A stretch of DNA of 46,198 nt from a virus, in the IMG/VR virus record IMGVR_UViG_3300045988_053311; one strand, given 5' to 3'. Under the pieces are notes generated by a model. That model was given only the letters and a program-made list of their open reading frames with translations. It was not told where the DNA came from and did no database searches. The stretch's first letter is position 1; every line of letters starts with the position of its first letter. The translations under genes were made by a program, and so were the position numbers. Of the stretch, positions 31,595-37,990 are shown in pieces.

Positions 31595-31601
31595 TAAAAA
31601 A

Positions 31602-32234
31602 TCACTGGAATAACTGGATATTCTGAGCAATTGCAGCCTGTCTTTCGGACGGGTCTTTAATTGCTTCGATATCTTTCTTAGTCATACTTCCCGGTGTCTG
31701 CTGCTGTCCAACGCGAGTGGTAAATCTTGCCTGGTTCTGCTGAGCCTGTTGCTGAGATTCATCTACAAAAGCGGATGCGTCAGACTGTTTCATCTGCTCG
31801 ATCAGATCATTCAGTCCAAGGATTTTACCGTCTTTCAGTTTAAGGCCTGCTTCTTTGATGTCTGCCATAACAGACTTCTTAGCCGCTTCACTGGAAAACT
31901 TAACATCATCGAGTGCCGCCTTGAGTGCGTCTGAGAAATCACGGTCATAGATTTTTGCATTAAATTCTTTCTCTGCATCTGCCGCTTTCTGTTTCCAAGT
32001 CTCTAACTCGGTTTTAACATTTGCCGGGTCGATACCGTCAAAACCTTTCAGGGTCTCTTCTGCTGCTTCAGCACGTTCTTTCCAGTCATCACGTTCTCCC
32101 TCGACTTTCGACAGGGTTTTTGCTACTTCCTTAGCATTTTTGTAATGCTCAGAGAGTGCTTTCTTCACATCTGCCTGTTTATCTTCCGGGATTTCGATTC
32201 CAAATGATTTTAATGTGTCAATAAGTTTCTGCAT
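31602..32234 (-). CDS. Scaffolding protein (Phage_GP20-like)
   Basis: Highly charged coiled-coil protein: MQKLIDTLKSFGIEIPEDKQADVKKALSEHY...ERDDWKERAEAAEETLK. It lies upstream of the capsid gene. Confidence 0.85.
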   Translation of the reverse strand: MQKLIDTLKSFGIEIPEDKQADVKKALSEHYKNAKEVAKTLSKVEGERDDWKERAEAAEETLKGFDGIDPANVKTELETWKQKAADAEKEFNAKIYDRDFSDALKAALDDVKFSSEAAKKSVMADIKEAGLKLKDGKILGLNDLIEQMKQSDASAFVDESQQQAQQNQARFTTRVGQQQTPGSMTKKDIEAIKDPSERQAAIAQNIQLFQ

Positions 32235-32311
32235 ATATATCCTCCTGGTCGTGTTTATTGACCTGCCGCCGCAGGTATTGGATTAAGCCAGTTAGACCAC
32301 TGGCAGGGTAA

Positions 32312-32383
32312 TGGAATGAGAGGACTTGAACCTCTGACGTCAAGAATTCAGCATCTCCGCTCTTCCTACTGAGCTACATTCCA
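32312..32383 (-). tRNA. 72-nt tRNA-like gene with canonical acceptor, D and T arms but a non-pairing anticodon stem (pseudo-tRNA or non-canonical tRNA)
   Basis: The minus strand folds as TGGAATG-TA-GCTC-AGTAGGAA-GAGC-G-GAGAT-GCTGAAT-TCTTG-ACGTC-AGAGG-TTCAAGT-CCTCT-CATTCCA. The acceptor (7 bp), D (4 bp) and T (5 bp) stems are perfect. GAGAT and TCTTG do not pair, and there is no encoded CCA. Confidence 0.55.
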
Positions 32384-32534
32384 CATAACCCGGATTCCCG
32401 GGTTAGCAAGATATTTAACGTGTTATGCCTGCCACGAGTTGTTTCGGATATTTATTTCTTTTTTTAAAAGAAAAGTATGAATAACAAAAACCTTAATCAA
32501 GGAGGTGAGCCATCTTGCGTGCCAGATGACAAAT

Positions 32535-32582
32535 ACGCACGGCAGGATTCGAACCTGTTTAACTTTCCATTAAAGCGTGCGC
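32535..32582 (-). ncRNA. 48-nt mini tRNA-like element (acceptor stem + short hairpin + T arm)
   Basis: The minus strand reads GCGCACG-CTTTAATGGAAAG-TTAA-ACAGG-TTCGAAT-CCTGC-CGTGCGT. It has a 7-bp acceptor-like stem (G1-U72 wobble) and a canonical TTCGAAT T-loop. The D and anticodon arms are replaced by a 4-bp hairpin. Confidence 0.4.
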
Positions 32583-32666
32583 ACCAGCTACTAAATTAAA
32601 GAAAGGAGGATTAAAACGAAAATGTCAAAACAACCGTTTTACTTGTGCTTCCTGCTGCACAATTAC

Positions 32667-32675
32667 ATTATAACA
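32667..32675 (-). promoter_or_regulatory. Extended -10 promoter-like TGTTATAAT heading the non-coding stretch
   Basis: On the minus strand, TGTTATAAT lies about 40 nt downstream of the stop of the 32714 gene. There is no good -35 box. Confidence 0.35.
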
Positions 32676-32713
32676 GATTTCTTTTAACTACCTCTCTACC
32701 ACTTTTTGCGTTT

Positions 32714-33271
32714 TTAAAGCATATCCCGAAGTTTTTCTACGTATCTCTTGACAAGATCGCGTTCCTCCCGGCACTCCGCATCTTTAGACATATCGCTCAT
32801 TTCTGTTGTAAGTTCGTCCAGATGTTCTTCCAGAGCGGCAAGCATCTTCCTTTTGCAGTCTTCAGACTTGCCGGAGCGATAGCTTTGCTTCTGCGCCATG
32901 TAGTCATCGTAAGCGTCTCGCCCATCAGAGCGACTGTAATGCCCTCTGACATAATGTTCACCACGTCTGGCATAAGAACTGCCCCTGTCGTAATCCGGCA
33001 TCATTCTGCCATCATTTGAACTGTATCTCCCCATACTGTCGCGCTTTCTTCCACGTTCACTGTAATCGTCATTGTATCCGCCACCACGCATCTCATCAAG
33101 AACAGTGTTGTAATATTCCACTTTCTTGTCCCAGTACTGCGTGTTCTTGATATCTTTGTACATATCAATCAGTTTGTATGTCATTTCCAGATTTCCGGTG
33201 GTCAGTCCATTATCAGCGATTTTGGAAAGTTCATCTTCGATTCTTGCACATAAGTCTTTAATATCTCTCAT
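32714..33271 (-). CDS. Low-complexity R/D/Y/S/G-rich protein with helical ends (185 aa)
   Basis: Start refined to MRDIKDL, with RBS AGGAGGTG 5 nt upstream. The centre is GGGYNDDYSERGRKRDSMGRYSSNDGRMMPDYDRGSSYARRGEHYVRGHYSRSDGRDAYDDY. Confidence 0.7.
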   Translation of the reverse strand: MRDIKDLCARIEDELSKIADNGLTTGNLEMTYKLIDMYKDIKNTQYWDKKVEYYNTVLDEMRGGGYNDDYSERGRKRDSMGRYSSNDGRMMPDYDRGSSYARRGEHYVRGHYSRSDGRDAYDDYMAQKQSYRSGKSEDCKRKMLAALEEHLDELTTEMSDMSKDAECREERDLVKRYVEKLRDML

Positions 33272-33282
33272 AATCACACCTC

Positions 33283-33705
33283 CTACGCTTCTCTGGTCAC
33301 AACAATGTTTGCGTTCGCAACAGAAATAGCCTGATCGCTTGTGTTTTCTACCGCGATATTAACGCAACATCCGCGTGGTACATCCACGTAAATTCCGGAA
33401 GACACATTATTGTACTGATCCACTGCCGCCGGCGTGGAAATCATCTGAGAAGATAATACAGGTTCGCCAGAGATTGCGATAGCCAGAGAAATAGCTCCGA
33501 CAGTACCGCCTGTTGGAATTGCGATATTGCCAGAAAAATCCACGAAAAATCTTGCTTTACACTGGTTAGTAAGCCCTCTCAGGGTAATGATTCCGCTTCC
33601 CTCTCTGTGCTGAATACAGTTAGAACCTTTGACTGCTGTGTTTGAAAATACTACGTTTCCATTTGCTGCTACAGTCTGAGCAGCTACATTTGTAAATTCT
33701 GCCAT
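33283..33705 (-). CDS. 140-aa all-beta protein; pattern reminiscent of TNF/C1q-like jelly-roll domains (BclA C-terminal domain / BxpB-like)
   Basis: RBS GAAAGGAG lies upstream. NVVFSNTAVKGSNCIQHREGSGIITL...ARFFVDFSGNIAIPTGG...ISLAIAISGEP...NIVVTREA alternates in the way exosporium TNF-like domains do. The assignment is from memory only. Confidence 0.65.
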   Translation of the reverse strand: MAEFTNVAAQTVAANGNVVFSNTAVKGSNCIQHREGSGIITLRGLTNQCKARFFVDFSGNIAIPTGGTVGAISLAIAISGEPVLSSQMISTPAAVDQYNNVSSGIYVDVPRGCCVNIAVENTSDQAISVANANIVVTREA

Positions 33706-33726
33706 AAAAATACTCCTTTCATATCA

Positions 33727-33751
33727 CAAAAGGACAGGTCTCAGCCTGCCC
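33727..33751 (-). terminator. Intrinsic terminator/attenuator inside the low-complexity gene island
   Basis: The minus-strand RNA reads GGGCAGG-CUGAGA-CCUGUCC (one G-U pair) followed by UUUUGUG. It lies between the 33817 and 33283 genes. Confidence 0.6.
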
Positions 33752-33816
33752 CTCTGTGTAATACGGCATAAGCCGACATCCGAAATCAATCGAAAGATAC
33801 TCTCAATATGAAGTTA

Positions 33817-34596
33817 TCAGCAATTGCATCCAGCGTTGCATCCGCATCCGTAATACGTGTTCGGATTAGGAACCTGATATGCCGGAATCGGTGCCGGATT
33901 GATTGCATTAATGAGCTGCTGTGTCTGAGAAGCCATTGCAGTTGTGAGAAGTGCAGACTGGCGATCCTGGGATGCGGCGCGTCTGAGGTCATTGTTTTCA
34001 GCCTGAAGAGAAGAAATCTTTTCATTGCAAAGATAATCAAGAATGGCTCTTGTCCCTGCATTCTGGCTGTCGATAATGTCTCTTGTGTTGCTGTTCATGG
34101 TGTTCTGCAATGCACAGGTGTTCTGTGCCATATTGTAATTTACGCCCTGGATAGCTTCCCTGGTTTCACAACAGCAGTTCGCAAGCTGTGCCTGGAGCGC
34201 ATTTGTGTTCTGCATATTGGCTACAGTATCGGCATTGATTGCCTGCTGGATTCCAAAACCAGTCTGCATGATATTGGTGTTGATTCCGTTAAATCCGGTA
34301 AGCATACCGTTGTTCACTGCATAGAATCCATCACAGAGTCCGTTATTGATTCCGTCAAGCTTGCTGATCACAGCGGAATTGTCGAATCCTCTCTGAATAT
34401 CCGCCTGAGTAGCTGCTGTGGCTACATATCCGCCGCCGTTTCCATTATTGCCCCAGCCATTGTTTCCCCATCCGAAGAAAGCAAAGATGAATAAAACAAT
34501 AATCCACCAGCTACCATCTCCACCAAACATGCCGTCATTATTTCTACCGTTTCCAGTAGCAGCGGCAATATCTGCTAAGCTATAATTTCCATCCAT
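33817..34596 (-). CDS. N/G/Q-rich membrane-anchored protein with Cys-rich C-terminus (259 aa)
   Basis: GGDGSWWIIVLFIFAFFGWGNNGWGNNGNGGG is a TM helix flanked by Gly/Asn, in the style of YjcZ-type sporulation peptides. The protein has a long Asn/Gln-rich helical region with CCCETR and ends in YYGCGCNAGCNC. Confidence 0.75.
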   Translation of the reverse strand: MDGNYSLADIAAATGNGRNNDGMFGGDGSWWIIVLFIFAFFGWGNNGWGNNGNGGGYVATAATQADIQRGFDNSAVISKLDGINNGLCDGFYAVNNGMLTGFNGINTNIMQTGFGIQQAINADTVANMQNTNALQAQLANCCCETREAIQGVNYNMAQNTCALQNTMNSNTRDIIDSQNAGTRAILDYLCNEKISSLQAENNDLRRAASQDRQSALLTTAMASQTQQLINAINPAPIPAYQVPNPNTYYGCGCNAGCNC

Positions 34597-34625
34597 AATA
34601 TAATCTCCTTTTTGTGTATTTACAT

Positions 34626-34641
34626 CAATCTGGCCAGATTG
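34626..34641. repeat. Perfect 16-bp palindrome CAATCTGGCCAGATTG upstream of the 33817..34596 gene
   Basis: Read directly from the sequence. It lies in the 52-nt gap between two island genes. Confidence 0.8.
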
Positions 34642-34648
34642 TAATGTA

Positions 34649-34870
34649 CTATTTCATTCCTTTCAACATGTGCTGGAATTGCCCTGCCATTTGCTGAACC
34701 TGATTAAGTTGCTGTTGAGAAATCTTTCCAGACTGCAACATTTTCTCGACTTCTGCTTTCGGATCTCCCTTAAAATTCTGTTTAAACTGCATAAATTGTT
34801 GTATCATCTGCATTGGTCCGTTTCCCTGCGGCATCCCGCCGCCAAGTGCGTTAAATAATGGATTACTCAT
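34649..34870 (-). CDS. Gln/Met-rich small protein (73 aa)
   Basis: Start refined to MSNPLFNALGGGMPQGNGPMQMIQQFMQFKQNFKG, with RBS GGGAGGAA 6 nt upstream. Confidence 0.65.
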   Translation of the reverse strand: MSNPLFNALGGGMPQGNGPMQMIQQFMQFKQNFKGDPKAEVEKMLQSGKISQQQLNQVQQMAGQFQHMLKGMK

Positions 34871-35333
34871 CTGCATTTCCTCCCTTGATTGCTGATTCCT
34901 GTACGGTATTAGCCCTAACAGGTTCAGAAAATGAATTTAATCGGTTTATAATAGCTTCGTATTTGCCTTTCAAATCATCGTATTCCTGTCGAGTAACATA
35001 TTTACTGTCCATGTTCTGAACAGGCTGCTTAGGCGGCATCTGAGAACCTACCTCGTGGTATTCAAATGTCCGCAGTGGTTGTGGCATACCGGATACATCT
35101 GTGGATTTTATGTAGAACTTTTCACTTTCGCTGTCCATCAGCAAAACACTTGTCCCGGGTGCTACCAGATAGGATTTTGCGCCGACTTCGCCGGATACCC
35201 ACAGGATACCGCTATTATTCTGCTGTGGTTGCTGTACTGGTTGAGCTGGAATCTGGACAGGCTGTTGCTGGAACTGGTTCATTTGCCCAGGAGCACCAAA
35301 ACTATATTGATAAGGATTGTTATATAATGCCAT
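34863..35333 (-). CDS. Protein with Q/P-rich N-terminus and small beta domain (156 aa)
   Basis: Start refined to MALYNNPYQYSFGAPGQMNQFQQQPVQIPAQPVQQPQQ. It then continues ILWVSGEVGAKSYLVAPGTSVLLMDSESEKFYIKSTD. It is the first gene after the 35368-35401 terminator. Confidence 0.7.
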   Translation of the reverse strand: MALYNNPYQYSFGAPGQMNQFQQQPVQIPAQPVQQPQQNNSGILWVSGEVGAKSYLVAPGTSVLLMDSESEKFYIKSTDVSGMPQPLRTFEYHEVGSQMPPKQPVQNMDSKYVTRQEYDDLKGKYEAIINRLNSFSEPVRANTVQESAIKGGNADE

Positions 35334-35367
35334 CTTATACACCGCCTTTCTGATTATATTTTTACAT

Positions 35368-35401
35368 AAAAAAAGAACCGGAAACAGGTCGTTTCTGGCT
35401 C
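35368..35401 (-). terminator. Intrinsic terminator in the middle of the head-gene region
   Basis: The minus-strand RNA reads GAGCCAGAAAC-GACCU-GUUUCCGGUUC followed by UUUUUUU (A7 on the plus strand at 35368-35374). Confidence 0.7.
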
Positions 35402-35421
35402 TAATTAGTATCCAAAAAGTA

Positions 35422-35622
35422 TCAGCACACTTTAATTATTTTATTGTTCACCCGGCGGCTTAACCGTTTTGCCGTAGATATACTCACGTTCATCTGCTCA
35501 GCGCAGTATTCGAGCGTATGTTCTTTACATCTCAGTCGGAACAATCTTTCTTCGTCCGGTGTGAAATTACACTCTATCAAGAATCTGTCTATATCTTTCT
35601 TCGTGAACACATATAATTTCAT
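35422..35622 (-). CDS. Sigma-70 region-4-like (LuxR/ECF-type HTH) small DNA-binding protein
   Basis: FTPDEERLFRLRCKEHTLEYCAEQMNVSISTAKRLSRRVNNKI matches the region-4 pattern (LT..E..vf.L......s..EiA..l.iS..TVk....R...K). It is 66 aa. Confidence 0.65.
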   Translation of the reverse strand: MKLYVFTKKDIDRFLIECNFTPDEERLFRLRCKEHTLEYCAEQMNVSISTAKRLSRRVNNKIIKVC

Positions 35623-35642
35623 GAGCATACCCCTTACTAATG

Positions 35643-35948
35643 CTAACGCTGATTCTGCGCAAGATAATTTGTAAGCTTCTGTTTTGTTTTTTTTAATTCT
35701 TCTACATTATTCCCACTAATCTGACTATCCAGCATGGTTGATAGCACTTCCAAAATCAATGAATCACGTTCCGCAATCCTCTGAAGACTCTCGTAATCTC
35801 GCTTATCATGTTCTTCTAGTGTCTCAACTCGCTTGTTGAGCCGAAATGCCGGAGTAATCCACTTAAAAATAACAGCTGCTGCCCCTCCGACAATAGACAC
35901 CCCTCCGCAGATAGAAAGAAAAATCTGTACAAATTCTGATATGCTCAT
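35643..35948 (-). CDS. N-terminally membrane-anchored coiled-coil protein (101 aa)
   Basis: FVQIFLSICGGVSIVGGAAAVIF is a TM helix, followed by a charged helical region. Confidence 0.65.
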   Translation of the reverse strand: MSISEFVQIFLSICGGVSIVGGAAAVIFKWITPAFRLNKRVETLEEHDKRDYESLQRIAERDSLILEVLSTMLDSQISGNNVEELKKTKQKLTNYLAQNQR

Positions 35949-35952
35949 TTAG

Positions 35953-36336
35953 CTACTCCTTTTCCCAGTAGTATATTGGGATCTCATTACCACTATCCCA
36001 TGTATCGAAATATTTGCCCTCTTGTACCGTCACCACATGACCATCTACGCAGAGAATGTATGTGCCTGTCGGATGTTCTGCACAAAAATCATTGACTGTA
36101 TAGATATATCGCTCTGATTGTTCAATCAGTTTGCGTCTGTACCCATGTTTGTAGAGGTACGCTCCCCAAACGTAATTAGCTGATGGCATATCTGACAGAG
36201 CATATGCCTGTATCATTAATCCGACAAATACCGTTTCCCAGTCGAAGTCAGTTGCTTTGCATATTGCTCGGACAACGCAATCTCCTGTTCTCTTATCCTT
36301 AACAGGATTTGGATTATAATATTCCCATCTGTCCAT
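35953..36336 (-). CDS. 127-aa protein with papain-like Cys...His...Asp arrangement (putative cysteine peptidase fold)
   Basis: Residues GDCVVRAI (Cys20), VDGHVVTV and FDTWDSG are arranged as in such folds. The start is translationally coupled (TGATG) to the minor capsid gene. The assignment is inferential. Confidence 0.6.
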   Translation of the reverse strand: MDRWEYYNPNPVKDKRTGDCVVRAICKATDFDWETVFVGLMIQAYALSDMPSANYVWGAYLYKHGYRRKLIEQSERYIYTVNDFCAEHPTGTYILCVDGHVVTVQEGKYFDTWDSGNEIPIYYWEKE

Positions 36337-37565
36337 CAGTCAATCCCCTTTGCTGTCTTATATCGTTTTGCCGCTCCTCTGGCTTTTGCGGCATTCTGGC
36401 GGTTCCACTTCGCTATCATAAGTCGGTCTTGCAGCTCTCTTAGGTCATTCTGCTTGCAGTAGTCCTTGTATGTAGCATTTTGTTTCTGTAAAAGATAAGA
36501 CTTCCGGTCAAGGTCTTGTTGGAGTACGAATTTTGCCTGTTCGTCCTTGCAGTTATCAACCGCTGCTTGCATTCCAAGGACTTCCCTCTTTGTCTTTCGG
36601 ATTCTTCGCTCATAAGTACGTTGTCTCTGTTCCTTTTCATACTGTTTTCCCTTGTCGGCTTTGTCCCGTGCCGATAGTTCTGCATAAGGATTAAATTCCC
36701 CGTCACTTGCCCCAAAGCTATGCCGACAGTTGACCCCTGACAGTCCACTTGCCGTTCCGTATCCGGTCAATGAGAACGGCGGAAATTTCTCACTCTTGCC
36801 AGAACGAGAGTATATCTTTCCTTGCCACCATGCGTGATTTCCCGGATTCTCGCCGCCGTCACCTGTTCTGGCTCCCATGTGAGCACTGACCAGAACTAAA
36901 TCCCAGCCCATTTCTTCCATGCGTTTGAGGGATATATCTCCAGTAGCCTGAGCCACGCCAGTTCTAACAGAACGTGCGACTGCTGTTTCGATCGTGTCTT
37001 TTCTGCCAGATGGATATGTGACCGTAACACCATCACTCACAACATTATTAACCGCCTCCTTGATGGCTTGCGTATAGCCAACTGTTCCAGTCATCACATG
37101 ATTGTATGCAAGGTCGCATTGGTTGATATACAGCGTCTGAGCCGCATTTGCAGTTGTCCTTGTGAAGTTCCGCCATTCTCCCATTGTAGCAAGCATATTT
37201 CGCTCCATGAGCCTTATCATAGCTGGCGACTGTTCGAGCGGTACAGGGCTTAATCCTGCCGCCTTATATACCTTATCATCATAGTTCATTGCAGTGATTC
37301 CGGCATCCTCAAACGCTTCAAGAAGTTCCTGCTGTTCGCGTTTGGTGTATTTGGATAATTCTGCCAGAATGTCTTCTAGCAGTTCACCAGATTCCTGTAG
37401 CGTTCTGATTCTCCACGCATCTGCATTGGTTAGAATATAATCCTCACCTCTGCCGATTCTTGCCATCATTCTCGACACGATCTCAGAGATGATATATTGA
37501 TGCAGTTCTTCGGCAATCTGCTCACTGCCCTCTGTTATTCTACGTAAATATTCTGGACTAAGCAT
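36336..37565 (-). CDS. Minor capsid / head-morphogenesis protein (SPP1 gp7 / Mu F-like)
   Basis: 409 aa. GVTVTYPSGRKDTIETAVARSVRTGVAQATG and GVNCRHSF are typical of this family. Confidence 0.8.
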   Translation of the reverse strand: MLSPEYLRRITEGSEQIAEELHQYIISEIVSRMMARIGRGEDYILTNADAWRIRTLQESGELLEDILAELSKYTKREQQELLEAFEDAGITAMNYDDKVYKAAGLSPVPLEQSPAMIRLMERNMLATMGEWRNFTRTTANAAQTLYINQCDLAYNHVMTGTVGYTQAIKEAVNNVVSDGVTVTYPSGRKDTIETAVARSVRTGVAQATGDISLKRMEEMGWDLVLVSAHMGARTGDGGENPGNHAWWQGKIYSRSGKSEKFPPFSLTGYGTASGLSGVNCRHSFGASDGEFNPYAELSARDKADKGKQYEKEQRQRTYERRIRKTKREVLGMQAAVDNCKDEQAKFVLQQDLDRKSYLLQKQNATYKDYCKQNDLRELQDRLMIAKWNRQNAAKARGAAKRYKTAKGID

Positions 37566-37644
37566 AATATATCACCTCTTTCGATAAAAGTCGTGGTACA
37601 TGTTTGGGCCCTTTTGATGGTTAATTAAAACCCTCTTTAGTTAA

Positions 37645-37821
37645 TTACTTACTCTCTGGATATTCCTCTTTATACAGCATTTCATATTCTTCCACAGGAA
37701 GTTTTCCTTTTTTCACATACTCAATACCATATTCTCTTACTTTGTCCTGATATTTCTCAGGAATTGCATCATATGTAATAGTTCCTACAATCAATCTGTT
37801 AAAATAAACTTTTGCCATCAT
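37645..37821 (-). CDS. XkdX-like small phage protein (58 aa)
   Basis: MMAKVYFNRLIVGTITYDAIPEKYQDKVREYGIEYVKKGKLPVEEYEMLY is of the type usually found after tail-fibre genes. RBS AAAGGAG lies upstream. Confidence 0.6.
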   Translation of the reverse strand: MMAKVYFNRLIVGTITYDAIPEKYQDKVREYGIEYVKKGKLPVEEYEMLYKEEYPESK

Positions 37822-37837
37822 TTTATTTCTCCTTTTC

Positions 37838-37990
37838 TTATTCAGCATTTCCAAGTGTTTCAAGCAGTTCGCAGACAGCAATCTCAAGGTCATTGATACG
37901 TTCTTCATTGCTTACCACCGTTTCTTTTTTCTCAAAGTCTGATTCAGCCAAACCAAGTTTCTTAATCATCTTTTTCTGCATTTCAGTCAT
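37838..37990 (-). CDS. Small helical protein (50 aa), below ORF-track cutoff
   Basis: Hand translation gives MTEMQKKMIKKLGLAESDFEKKETVVSNEERINDLEIAVCELLETLGNAE. It has an ATGA overlap with the upstream stop. Confidence 0.45.
   Translation of the reverse strand: MTEMQKKMIKKLGLAESDFEKKETVVSNEERINDLEIAVCELLETLGNAE

Noticed and set aside
31523-31601. The hairpin after the scaffold gene considered as a Rho-independent terminator
   Set aside because: On the coding strand the T-run precedes the stem rather than following it. The element is better explained as the conserved 33-nt repeat shared with the major tail gene leader.
32312-32383. Calling the 72-nt element a functional, assignable tRNA or a stop-codon suppressor tRNA
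   Set aside because: The anticodon stem does not pair in any register, and no U33-anticodon-purine37 arrangement or CUA/UCA/UUA anticodon is present. All long ORFs are intact in the standard code, so there is no sign of recoding.
33808-34494. 228-aa plus-strand ORF (the longest plus-strand ORF outside the lysogeny module)
   Set aside because: It is entirely antisense to the well-supported 33817-34596 gene. It has no RBS and a Cys/Ser/Ile-rich shadow composition. It is the mirror frame of an Asn/Gln-rich gene.
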